A stretch of DNA of 64,000 bases from Laetmonice hystrix (taxonomy: Eukaryota), in NCBI GenBank assembly GCA_965235115.1, contig OZ249436.1, positions 15,626,001-15,690,000 of the forward strand. Reading direction: 5' to 3'. A program made the translations under genes and the position numbers. A model generated the notes under the pieces. The model was not told the origin of the DNA, did not search any database, and saw only the letters and a program-made list of their open reading frames with translations. Every line of letters starts with the position of its first letter. Position 1 is the first letter of the stretch. Below, piece by piece: positions 11,666 to 24,038 of this stretch.

Positions 11666-13839
11666 GGGGGGGGGGGGGCTCCATTGGGCTGCAAGTTTTG
11701 CGGAGAGCTCTCCGCCAACGCATGAGCCGAGCATAATTATGTTACGTGTCAGTGCAGACCGCGCTCACATGGTAGTCGTTCGCTGGCTGGTCCCCTGCCT
11801 CACTCCTATCCAAGATTCAATCTACAACAGCTGTCCTGGATCACAAGATAAAGGGCGAATTTATGTCTGCAGTGACCATTTGTAGAGGGGAACCTCGATG
11901 GTTACGAACCATGTAGCGGCGCCTACACTATTACACTAATCAATATAAAGGCACGGCATTTGCACAGATTAAGAAACTCTGCTTTTATTAGCCTACAGTC
12001 TGTCACTAATAGGCACGTTGTTATGTAGCCGCAGGCTCGACGAGTTTTATGCAGGAGAATTCGGTAATGCTAATGTAAGACACAAGGGGCGCTACTTCTC
12101 CGGATAACTTATATTTCCTCCGTCTCCGCCAGGGGAGCATGTGACGTCATGTACAGTTGGGGGTCAAGGTCATCTTCCCACATACGTCTCATCGTCGCCA
12201 TTACGTCTTCAGTTGGACATCCACGAATTTTTCAATCCCGCCACCTCCCCATCTTCCTCCCACCTTATTCCAGTCCTTCGTAGCACTGTCGCCTACTACC
12301 CCTTTTCTCCAAACACATAATTCAGAATCTATACCACTTACAATAACTTTGTTAATTATTACACCCAGTCTCCCCAAACTTAGTCTATAACAACCCTTTC
12401 ACTATAGTCACAATTATCCTTAGATAACATAATGTTCTTTTTGAATGATATTTAATTTTTATATTCTCTTCTTAACCCGGATGGTGCAGTGAAGGCTCAC
12501 CCTGGGTGGTGACACATTTCAATCTTATCTTGTAGATCACTGTCAGTCAGTGCAGCGTGGGCTCACTTTCTGAATATTTACATCCTTTTGTTTTAATGGT
12601 TAAATAAATATGTGTCACCCATTCAACAGCAATCAGGTGTCCGATTTCTGCCTGCATAAAGAATACTTTTCTATCAGTCTTCTAGGTCAGTATAGTTCTA
12701 TATTGACTACCTATCACCTGGTGAAGGTTAATCGAAACGAGCATTGTGATTGGCCCATCGAAAACATGGACGCAAACGAGGTAGTTCCGTACCCTCCGTA
12801 TTTCTCCAGCAAGATACAGATATTTTCGTCAATCCCTTTAAAATACAAGTGTTAAATGTCCTCGCTTTTCTGGATGTAAACATAGCGTCATCGGTCCCCA
12901 CACCTGCTATGGTCTGCATACGCATGGGCATGTTGGCCACTCGCTGACCAACGGAACGGAAGCGGAAATGCTTGGAGTTTAATCATATCCGTTTCGCGGC
13001 TTTTGGTCAGCCAGCACCTGGCCGAACATAGCGGATACGTCTGGTATGCAGGCTACAGGCTACACCGCACCGGGCCCTGTCAGCGGTTTACATGGATTTA
13101 GGTTAGACATGCATCTCCCTTAATTCTTTATTTAATTAAATCTCCCTTATTCTTCACATTCGAGATCTTTCTTCATGCATTAGCTACACCAATCAACATT
13201 TCTCCATCCCCAAGGTCCTCCTCCTGTATGTATGCTCGACTCTGAGGTTCATACAACCATCTGCCAACTTCTTGTTTACCTCCCATATCTTTTCCATTAC
13301 CCCCAGAATCATAAACATTCTATAGGCTATATCAACTCGGACGACTAGGTCGAGTACCCATAAGTGGGCCACTTGGGAAAGGTATACCATGAGTGGGCCA
13401 CTTTTTAGGTGCTTCCATCTGGTGTCAGTAATTAATGTAAAAACGTTTCATACTTTTTGTTTTCTGACGAGTTTATCGGTAACGAAAGTACGGTGTCGGG
13501 AAATGTTTTCCCAGCGAATGTTTCCGGTTCCTCCCACGTGACTTGTGGTTTGAGAGGAATAAACTATAAAACGAAGACCCTGATTATTTTCCCACTAAAT
13601 AAATTAGCCTTATGTGCAGTATAATGTTGACAAGGTTTGGTGGCATTACAAGATGATATAACCAAAAAACGTGAGGGGGGGGGGGGGGGTCTTCCTTTTT
13701 ATGTCTTCGTTTTATAGTTTATCCTCCTCAAAACTATAAAACGAAGACCCTCTCCAGACAAAAGAACCCGGTTACATAAACTAGTTCGGATAAGTGTACA
13801 CGAGTGCTGTAGTATCAGATTGCTGCTGTGGGTCTTTAA

Positions 13840-15618
13840 AGGAATGCTTTTCTCGAGCTAAATCATATTTAGAATTGAAGAAGGCATAATTCTACAACCC
13901 ATGTTATTTTTTTAACATCAAACAGTTTATATTATATTGTCAAAAAGAACTTTAATGCAGATTCATAGTCGCCGCCATTGGCGCACCGCGCGCCCTCTTG
14001 CGGCAATAATAGCAATTACTTGGCTACATCTTTGACTACGTCACGAAGGGACTCACTCAGCCCTGGATATGCCTCGGCCCTCGTTAAACAAGTGTTGACA
14101 AGTAGGCGGTCTGCTCATGTAGCGACCTTATAGTTTAAATAGGGACCTGTTAAATAAGTTTCGGCAATGATATCTATAGTTCTATAGTGTATTTATTTTA
14201 ATAGTGGCCCACAAAAGTGAGAGGGGTTCGTCAGAACCCTCGGAACCCCCGCCCCCTCCCCCGGCTACATCCATCATCCATAGACATAGGCATAGCCATA
14301 CCCATAGCATTAGCCTAAGGAAGTAGGTCGAAAATATGCCCTAGCCCTAGATAATATAAGCTATGGAGGTAGGCCCTACACGTATGTAGGGCCGTATCTA
14401 GAAATTTCTGAGGGGGGGGGGGCAGCAGTAGCAGTAGGCTACTAGTAGTAGGCACTGCCTAAGCCCCCCCCCCCCCGGCTGACTCCAGCCAGTCCAGGCT
14501 GAGGGTTATCATTTTGCAGTGTGTCTATGTCAGACTACGGCGCACCTAGCTATGTCAAGCCCCCCCCCCCCTTGCAAAATTATTTTTTTATGCAAAATCC
14601 TGGATCACCCCCCCCCCCCCCAATGGCCTTAGTATGGGTGTCTGTCCTCGGCTCACTCAGTGCCTGAGCCCGGCGTGCAGCTTGGCGACGGAGTTGGCGG
14701 GGGCGGCTTGCTACAGTAGGCCTGCTACAGGCCGGTCACGCCCACGGGTTGTCTTGGAAAACCGGTCTTTGGTAAATACTCCCCCACCCCTCAGAATTTT
14801 CAAAGTGTAAATTGGTGGTATATTGGGCCGTTTGCCCCCTCCTTCAGCCAATTTACTAATCACTGCCACTGCACTGGTGACTGGACAGTAGAAATACTAG
14901 AATGAGATTAGATCTACGGGGCCTAGACTAGTCACTAGACTGCACTCTCGACTCTAGTCACAGCAGAAACGGAGTCTAGGCCTAATCAGTTAGGTAGAAG
15001 TTTAAGACTGACAAGTTTAGTTAGTCACAGAAAAAAATCGAGACATTCACACTATGCGGGTGGATCGCTGTTGGAACAAATCCACTTTACTTTAGCTTAG
15101 CCTTAGCTTAGCCTTAGGCCTACCTCGACGCATGTATTGTTGTGCACCCACCTCTTCAGAATTATACAGCCTACAGCTACACTACAGGTTTTATTTTAGA
15201 GGGGAAAGCATGAAAGCTCCTTTGTTGATCCAAATTCTTAATCCAGTTTCGGTTGTTACAACCCCACTGCCGCACAAAGTCCTGGAATACTCCTTGTTGT
15301 GGGCCAAACTCGCGGTAAGTTTAGCTAGTCTACACCTTCAGTCTACGCTTTAGGCCTAGGCCTACCAAAGTTGTTGTCCCTTCGTGACGTCACTACCAGC
15401 ATTTTGCCAGGTGGCAGCTATAGTTCTGTAGATTTCCGCAAGGCGTCAGCATGTGTCCTTTTTGCAAGATGGCGAAAAGACTATCAACTACTAAGTCCCG
15501 TTTTTGATTAATAATCATTAATTACAAGGGCAGCCTAAAATATGAATATGGTATAGATGGGCTCTAGTACTATCAAGTTAACATCTGATAACTCAATAAG
15601 CAGGAGAAGAGTGTTCCT
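13840..15618 (-). mobile_element. Kolobok-like element (TTAA TSD) with decayed THAP domain
   Basis: TTAA|AGGAATGCTTTTCTC ... GAGAAGAGTGTTCCT|TTAA; subterminal inverted motif ACGTCACGAAGGGAC / GTCCCTTCGTGACGT. Confidence 0.7.
15050..15288 (-). pseudogene. Frameshifted THAP zinc-finger remnant
   Basis: With frameshifts, the minus strand reads PGLCAAVGCNNRNW...RSFHAFPSK...LKRWVH..MRR, then GFVPTA, matching the THAP C-x4-C...FP...W pattern. Confidence 0.65.
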
Positions 15619-16677
15619 TTAATAGGGTGCTGCCACCTATTTCCGGTTTCTGGACGTGGTTTCTGAATGTCGTTTCGCGATGTGGTTTCTGAATGTCGTT
15701 TCTCAATGTGTTTTGCCTTTGTGCTTTCTGGATGTCGCAATGTGGGTTGCAGTTGAAGTTTGAAGCTATGGGTGTGTTTTTCAAATGTTGTTTTGATTTG
15801 GCCCTACTATGCCACCGTAGAATGTCTATAATATTATGTGAAAAAAGCAGTTTTTTTATTGCTTTTGTGTTCTTGAAGAAAGCCTCAGTTGTCCTGAACC
15901 GTGCACGGAGTGATAGGTTCCACTTTTCTCACTTTGTTTCCAGAGCTAGATGGCATTGAAAATGATAACTTCGACGGGGCTGAGGGTGGTAGACCTGCCC
16001 CAACCAGACTCTAGGAATGACACGGTATATGAAAGGATATGGACATTCTGCGAGCACTCCTTACTCAAACCAGAGCGGTCAATTACTTGATAAGCGTCTC
16101 TAGCAAGGCGCTGTGTCTGCTTTCCCTCAGACGGTATCCACATATTAGTGCCTATAGCTATATAAAACTATTTATATGGTTTAGAAAATATAAATCAACC
16201 GATTTAATAACGTAACCTTGCGGACAGTCGTTCACGCGCACGAAGTTCTTCTAGTTATCTCAATGCTCCTACGTTAACCATCGTGCAGTTTCCACATCAG
16301 CCTTTACAGTTTCAACAAATACTCGCGAGGGGGCGACACGATCAAAACTAAGGGATAGGGAAATCTCAAGCAATAGAGTTTTCCCTTCATCATTTCAAAC
16401 ACCATGACTTGCTGTTGTATATTCAATTAATTTGTCATATGTCTAATAAACATCCTACAAAAGATTGCAGGCATTCTTATGAATGGACTTATTTTACAGT
16501 AAAAGCTTCCCAAGTCATGGTCCGCCGTGGGTTTACTAGATTGACATTCTACGGCCGTTTCCCCCAGGCCTTCTTCCTGTAGGAGTTAACACAGGGTGAC
16601 GTAACTCTTTATGGACGGACAGGCCCTCAAGGCGTTCAGGCCGGATGATCAATGTGGCCTCACTTCATTTCTTTCAG

Positions 16678-16715
16678 AATCCTTGAAACAAAACCTACAC
16701 TTGACGGAATTATAA
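16678..16715 (+). CDS. Candidate terminal aquaglyceroporin exon (ESLKQNLHLTEL*)
   Basis: Strong acceptor (CACTTCATTTCTTTCAG), phase-1 compatible with a donor at 8897; AATAAA at 17091. No homology support. Confidence 0.35.
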
Positions 16716-18164
16716 AGAAGACAGAAGACACCCATGGATTATTTCAACAGCATCCATGGAAATGTGTACAGTCATTGTGACGTAAGGATAGGATTCTACT
16801 GATAGCGTGCAACCTTCTGCCATACAGGGTGTGCAAATATTATAATATCTTATAATTTGGCCTGCTTCCAGCAGCGTGATCTACACCGTAACCTCCTTTT
16901 ACCTATCTCTCATAAAGAATGTTTCCAGCCCTCTCTACACCCTGGCATAATTTATGGAGTAGGAGCTGGACCTGCAAGGTGATGTTAGCGGTTTCGATAA
17001 CATTACAGTTAAGTTTACTTTGAAATTGTCATGGTGCCGATCCTGTTTACAATCATTGAGTATATAGAAAGATTATGTACTCTGTGATGTAATAAATTGT
17101 CAACTCCGACTGTTGTCCACAGAGAATTAAGCACATGGACCTGCAGGTTAGCCTGGGCCGACTTCCCTATAAAGACTACCTCGTCGAGACCTGGTACTCC
17201 CTCCACCATGAATTTGAGCGGTAGGCGTTGAGTGGGGGTAATCGCCCGTGGCTGCTTATTATTTCTCTGGTGCTTTTTTTCTCTCCTGAACCGAGTGAAG
17301 GTAAAATAGATTGTATCCGTCAGAGCTCGTTTGGTTTCAGTATGGTAGACGGCCGACTGCAGCCCTGGCGACGGCTCGATGCACTTGGTAAGGCATTGAT
17401 CTCAATTAGGGGTGGACTCCTTTCGAAAGAGGGGCAAGGAAATCTAATAGCGCCACCTTAGCTCCAGCAAACAGAAGGGGCACAAAGCACTGGTAGTCAC
17501 TAGGGAGTTTACCACTGCTGGTGTCTGATTCCGGATTAACAAACACTTGTGCTGCGTCTTCTTTGATGCAGTCCGCATACCCTTCGCATCCTAGCTGTGT
17601 GGCCATAATTATTCGGTGTGGTGATGGGGCTTTCTATCCCTGGCCCCATGAAAATGATGGCGATGATAATGACGGTGATGTCATATATAATCTATTACTG
17701 GAGCTTTCGCCAATATAGGCATAGCTTCTGCTCCCATGCAATGCACGAATACCTTGGAAGATGAAAGATTTATTTCGCGTGGCATTGCAACTGTAGTTGG
17801 CTTCATCCCCTCCTGCGAGGAACGGAGGGCTGGTCGCAGTGGTCGTGTGTCTCGTATATAGTGCGACCCAACCCCACTCCACCCCACTCACTGGCCGTAA
17901 CACCCGTCTTCATTCCGATACGTTACCTCCGCCCCATTCACCGCAGGAGGGCCCATGCATTATAGAAGATGACGCTTCTGTCATGTTTACTTAAGGTTTC
18001 AGATAAAAACGCGTGTATTTTACTGTTGGTCTCAACCTTAGATCTATAACACTTTTACCATAGTCATCCAACTAAAGATATAGAAATTATGGCACAAGTC
18101 AGCCTGTGACCTGCACTGTAATTTCCTTCCACGATTTAAGTGAACTATTTCATATAGAACAAAT

Positions 18165-18406
18165 CAGGGGCGGATCCAGGATTTTGGAAAGGGGGGGGGG
18201 GGCGGTTGGAATTAAAGGGGGGCCGAGCCCTGGTAGCAATTTTGAACATCTAGAGTCTCTGAAATGGCATTTCCTGAAATTTCCGGCATTCTGAGAAAGC
18301 AAAATGTTTGCTTTTACAGTTGCAAACAACAAAATTTTGCCTTTTTTTTCTGATTGGCACCCTGACGAAAGGGGGGGGGCCCTCGTCCCCCCTAAATCCG
18401 CCCCTG
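18165..18406. mobile_element. CAGGGGCGGAT...ATCCGCCCCTG MITE with 5-bp TSD
   Basis: TIRs visible; CAAAT on both flanks (18160-18164, 18407-18411). Confidence 0.8.
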
Positions 18407-18472
18407 CAAATTGGCAAAAAAAAATTACTTCAATAGTGTATGAATAATTAAGTTCCATATAGCTCTGTCTAC

Positions 18473-18945
18473 TTGCCTGATTGGATTTTCCAAGTATTTT
18501 TTAAAAAGCTGATAAAACTGATTAAACTACACAAGTTTATGGATTTGATGCAAGTATGTGCACTTACACCATTAATTAATGTACCCACTCGAATTTCTAA
18601 AACAACAGCAACAATAATAGATAACATTTTTACTACTAATAATACTACATTGAAGACAAAGGTTATTGTCCTGGACATCTCCGACTATTACATGCAATAC
18701 GCAGAAACTCTGGAAAAAAACAATAAGACCAGTTCTTTGGAAGATTCTTTAAAATGGAATTTAAATAGACGAAACAGAATTCAGTTTCAAAAGAAAATCC
18801 AACAGATTGATTTCTCTTACATTAACGATATAGAACACGGGCAACTTGGATATTCCAACTTTATTGACAATATTATACATGATTTCACAGGAGTTTCTTC
18901 AAAAATAAATAACAAAAATCTACCTTGGCTAACCACAAGATTAAA
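18473..18945 (+). pseudogene. CR1/L2-clade LINE ORF2 remnant, part 1 (end of APE domain and linker)
   Basis: PLINVPTRISKTTATIIDNIFT...DISDY and NLPWLT motifs. Confidence 0.8.
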
Positions 18946-19385
18946 CTAGACATGCAGATTGCAGGCAATCAGGTATCCCGTTCCTCTATGGATGTATCTA
19001 GAAAGGTTCTGTATAGCATGAAAGCAAGTGAGTCATACCAATAATGAGCATAGGGTTACAAGAGAAAGACTGTGGGGAAGGTATATTCCAAATCTGGAGA
19101 AGATTCTCCAAAAAATGAGGGAGTAGATGCATTTTGACCAGTAATGAGCATAGGGTACCGACAGACCACTTAGACACCTGTGTACACAAAAATTTCTTCC
19201 AAATAAAAAATATAAAAATGAATACCAAAAAAAAGGGTTGACATAGGTGGGATTTTTAGGCAATACCCTTGTCATAAAATTACCACACATCTGTTCACAC
19301 ACATATTTTGTAGAGTGTTTCTGTAAATTCATGACCACAGTAATTAAGAACTAAGTAGAAAATATTCAAAACAAATAAAAATCAT

Positions 19386-19456
19386 GCCATGGGTAGGATT
19401 CGAATCCACGACCCTTGGCAAGAAAGTCCTACACTCTACCACAGCACCATCCGTAC
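19386..19456 (-). pseudogene. tRNA-derived sequence, copy 1 (not a functional tRNA)
   Basis: Degenerate A box and B box (GATTCGAATCC) at tRNA spacing; stems pair poorly. Confidence 0.55.
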
Positions 19457-19645
19457 ACGCACACAATTAGTAGAGTCCTGCAATAAATGAATGACCATTG
19501 CCATTGGCATAGAAGTAAACAACGATGAATTACATCATACCGGGGAGACGCCATACCAGGCTAAAAAAGGTCCCCTATTGTAAGAGAGCTATTTACCAAG
19601 ATTACCGGAGGTAGAACATATATAAAAAAAATGAAAAAATCTTTT

Positions 19646-19716
19646 GTCACAGGTGGGATTCGAACCCGAGACCTCTGGCATGGAGATCATAGACTCTACC
19701 ACTAAGCCATCCGGGC
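19646..19716 (-). pseudogene. tRNA-derived sequence, copy 2 (not a functional tRNA)
   Basis: Minus strand has A box TGGCTTAGTGG and B box GGTTCGAATCC; acceptor and anticodon stems do not pair well. Confidence 0.65.
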
Positions 19717-20589
19717 ACACACTCAATTTGTTGAGTGTTGCTGTAAATGAATCACCATAGTGGTAGAGAACTGTGTGTTACGTCATACCATCGTTACGTC
19801 ATAGCAGGCTTATAAAGGACGCCTAGTGGAAGAGAATTATGCCATTATCATTGGATATCAACGAAATTCCACGAACTTCCTCATTACATGCAAAATAGAC
19901 AAAATTCAAAGTCACGTGACTCAGCGATATGACGTCATATTTTAAAAAAAACTGCCATCAATCGATCCGCCCCACTATGACGAAGCTATAAATCAAATTT
20001 GGAGAAGATTCTGTAAAAAATGAAGGAGTAGATAGATTTTGACTGTTTTCTATGGCTTGACCTGTATGTCAGAAAGGTCAAAGGTCAAAGGTCAAATGTA
20101 TGTGGTAAATGATAGAGGTACAAGTCCTAAGTGAGATGACATGAATAACTTTTGTCTATCTCTGACTGGAAGTGTACCACGTGATCTCAAAGTTGCCGCA
20201 CATAATACGTCATAACATGACGTCATGACGTCATATGACATATTCCATCATATGTTGAGGTCTCCATGTCATGATGTATCTAGCCTGAAAGTTTCATCCA
20301 GATATCTTGAAAACTGAGGGAGATATTGACCCGACCTTAACTACAACAATAATAACTAGACCTGACGTGGCGAATGCCACGAAGGATCCCATCCCCCCAG
20401 GTGCCTTGACCTTGCTTATAGGTCATACACATCCTGCTACGTCATTGGTATTGGTCTCAAGCGAATGGCCACATGTGACTTCCTATATGGCTTCAATAGT
20501 AACCATAGCTCTATCTTGCATCGTTTAGGAGTTATAACCATATTAGTATTGGTGATATATCCATGACGTCCTTGTGACGTTATTAATGG

Positions 20590-21425
20590 TGAACACCAGA
20601 CATTGTTATTTTTTAACCATTTTTGAGATCTTTGGTTGAAAATACCCTAAAATGGCCAACTTTGAGGGGCCATACCATGGAAACTATTGATTTTAGGGAA
20701 GCCATCTTGGTGTCACAGACAGTTGACCCATTACCCAATCCAATGGTGCTCAAATAGAAAATTGGGTCAACTTGGCTGCCATCTTGGATTTTTCAAATTC
20801 GAGGAAAATGGGTCAAGTTTTCCATCTTAACCCCAATGGCGAAAACCAGACGTTGATATCTTTAACCGTTTTAGAGATATCAATGATTTTGGGTTGAAAA
20901 TGACCTAAAAGGGCCAACTTTGAGGGGCCATAACATGAAAACTATTGATTTTGGGGGAGCCATCTCGGTGTCAGAGACAGCTGACCCATTACCCAATCCA
21001 TTGGTGTTAAAATCAAAAATTAGGTCAACTTGGCCGCCATCTTGGATTTTTCAAATTCGAGGAAAATGGGTGATGTTTTCCATCCTAACCCCAATGGCGA
21101 AAACCAGACGTTGATATCTTTAACCGTTTTAGAGATATCAATGATTTTTGGTTGAAAATGACCTAAAAGGGCCAACTTTGAGGGGCCATAACATGAAAAC
21201 TATTGATTTTGGGGGAGCCATCTCGGTGTCAGAGACAGCTGACCCATTACCCAATCCAATGGTGTTAAAATCAAAAATTAGGTCAACTTGGCCGCCATCT
21301 TGGATTTTTCAAATTCGAGGAAAATGGGTCAAGTTTTCCATCTTAACCCCAATGGCGAAAACCAGACGTTGATATCTTTAACCGTTTTCGAGATATCACT
21401 GATTTTTGGTTGAAAATGACCTAAA
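20590..21425. repeat. 258-bp tandem repeat, about 3 copies
   Basis: AACTTTGAGGGGCCATA at 20658, 20916 and 21174. Confidence 0.92.
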
Positions 21426-21559
21426 AAGGGTCATGGAGCCAGATGGGGTCACGTGACAGCATTTAAATAGGGAAATGAAAGGTGATATAAGATGTCCCAT
21501 GAGTTTAATTCGTAACCATGCACACATCTGGCTCTTTTTCCAAGTTACAGTCATCTGAA

Positions 21560-22830
21560 ATTACCGATGACGTCATAGGGTCAGGTAGAGCCACGTGACC
21601 TAAAAAAATTGTGTCATTTGAAAGGCCATATATGACTTCCTATCTGTCCCCAATAGTAACCTATCTAGTTCTGTTTCCAAGTTACTGCTATCTGAAAATA
21701 TCGATGACGTCATAGGGTCACGTAGGGTCACGTGACCTAAATAAAAATGGTGTCATTTGAAAGGCCATAGATGACTTCCTATCCGTCTTCAATAGTAACT
21801 AAGGGCCTATCTGGCTGTGTTTCCAAGTTACTGCTAACTGAAAATACCGATGACGTCATAGGGTCACGTAGGGTCACGTGACCTAAATAAAAATGGTGTC
21901 ATTTGAAAGGCCATACATGACTTCCTATCTGTCTTCAATAGTAACTAAGGGCCTATCTGGCTGTGTTTCCAAGTTACTGCTAGCTGAAAATACCGATGAC
22001 GTCATAGGGTCACGTAGGGTCACGTGACCTAAATAAAAATGGTGTCATTTGAAAGGCCATAAATGACTTCCTATCTGTCTTCAATAGTAACTAAGGGCCT
22101 ATCTGGCTCTGTTTCCAAGTTACTGCTAGCTGAAAATACCGATGACGTCATAGGGTCACGTGGGGTCACGTGACCTAAATAAAAATGGTGTCATTTGAAA
22201 GGCCATAGATGACTTCCTATCTGTCTTCAATAGTAACTAAGGGCCTATCTGGCTCTGTTTCCAAGTTACTGCTAGCTGAAAATACCGATGACGTCATAGG
22301 GTCACGTAGGGTCACGTGACCTAAATAAAAATGGTGTCATTTGAAAGGCCATACATGACTTCCTATCTGTCTTCAATAGTAACTAAGGGCCTATCTGGCT
22401 GTGTTTCCAAGTTACTGCTAGCTGAAAATACCGATGACGTCATAGGGTCACGTAGGGTCACGTGACCTAAATAAAAATGGTGTCATTTGAAAGGCCATAC
22501 ATGACTTCCTATCTGTCTTCAATAGTAACTAAGGGCCTATCTGGCTGTGTTTCCAAGTTACTGCTAGCTGAAAATACCGATGACGTCATAGGGTCACGTG
22601 GGGTCACGTGACCTAAATAAAAATGGTGTCATTTGAAAGGCCATAGATGACTTCCTATCTGTCTTCAATAGTAACTAAGGGCCTATCTGGCTCTGTTTCC
22701 AAGTTACTGCTAGCTGAAAATACCGATGACGCCATAGGGTCACGTGGGGTCACGTGACCTAAATAAAAATGGTGTCATTTGAAAGGCCATACATGACTTC
22801 CTATCTGTCTTCAATAGTAACCATGGCTCT
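21560..22830. repeat. 146-bp satellite, about 8.5 near-identical copies
   Basis: CCGATGACGTCATAGGGTCACG at 21847, 21993, 22139 and onward. Confidence 0.95.
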
Positions 22831-23719
22831 ATCTCACTTGGTTTTAGAGTTACAGCAATGTGCATCTGCAATGGTCAATTTTAGCAATTTCAAGATCACG
22901 TGGTCTGCGAAAATAGGTCAAATTGCTTATTTTTCGGCCACGATCCAGTAAGGCTCACTACAAGGGGCCTCTCCACCAAAAATGATCATATTCTCTCAAA
23001 AGATGGCGGAGGAGATGCGATTTGACCAGTTTCTGACCTGTGACCTACTTTTCCATGACGTCAGAGGTCATAGGTCAAAATAATGATCATAAGTAAAAAG
23101 GATCTATGTCCGATCATTATGCCATGAAAAGTTTTGGAAATTGCTGGATTATGGTTTCATGACATGCGTATAGGTCTAAAATCCAAATGACGTCATTTAC
23201 GTCAAGACGTGACGTCATATGACGTCATGTGTCATATGCAAGAAGCTACGTCCGGGTATCTATGTGTCCACCAAATTTCATTTGGATATCTTGAAAAATG
23301 ACAAAAATATGACCCTGGTCTAACGACTACTACTACTACTATGTATACATGTATAATAAAAATAATAATAGGGAAGACGAAACCGTACTATTTCAAAATC
23401 CCATCCCCCTTGAAGGGGATGGGATAACTAGTCTTGAGGTGTTGCTGGCAACACGGAATCCCGTTTCCGAGATGACAACTGTCAGGGGAAGTTCATAAGG
23501 TGCATGGGTCTCGGTCGGATGGTGTTGGCAGATGGGGTTTACACCATAATGTCCCAAAAAACATTGAGAGTGTCACTTCACGTTATGATCAATAGTATCA
23601 GTAATTGCATTATAATACAGTAAGATGAACATATTATATTAGATGAAGAACTTTATTTAGCAGCTATGTCCGGGCAACACCAAATCAATGTTTAATAATG
23701 GTAGAATAGACAATGTCAG

Positions 23720-24025
23720 AGGAGAATAGGATTGATGTGGACGACTTTGTCATGAAGGAGGGAAGATGTGTGTATATAAAACATGTTTTTTCAAGTGATA
23801 TTGCTTGGCAGATTTAAAAGTCCTGTTTCAGGAAAATAAGATTGATGTGGACGACTTTGTCGTGAAAGACGGAAGATGTGTGTATATCAAACATCTTTTT
23901 TCAGGTGCTTGGCAGATTTAAAAGTCCTGTTTAGGGGAATAAGATTGATGAGGACGACTTGGTCATCAAGGAGGGAAGATGTGTATATCAAACATCTTTT
24001 TTCACGTGATATTCCTTGGCAGATC
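23720..24025. repeat. ~105-110-bp tandem repeat, 3 copies
   Basis: GATTGATG(T/A)GGACGACTT at about 23730, 23840 and 23943. Confidence 0.8.
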
Positions 24026-24038
24026 TCAGTTGACCCCC

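Larger units (their letters stand above)
9231..15819. mobile_element. 6.6-kb non-autonomous TIR element with TAC...GTA ends and 6-bp TSD (IS3EU-type), with nested insertions
   Basis: 27-bp TIR TACGGTGGCATAGTAGGGCCAAATCAA; TSD GAATGT at 9225-9230 and 15820-15825; 52-bp subterminal repeats (9388, 9440, 9492) mirrored at about 15645-15780. No transposase ORF seen. Confidence 0.85.
20356..23425 (-). mobile_element. Helentron-like element B with satellite core
   Basis: AA|CTAG, hairpin CGTGGC/GCCACG, subTIR ATCCCATCCCC; (TAC)n microsatellite; terminal palindrome ATCCCATCCCC...GGGGATGGGAT|AA. Confidence 0.85.

Noticed and set aside
19386..19716. Functional tRNA genes
   Set aside because: Promoter boxes are present but the cloverleaf stems do not pair; kept only as tRNA-derived sequence.
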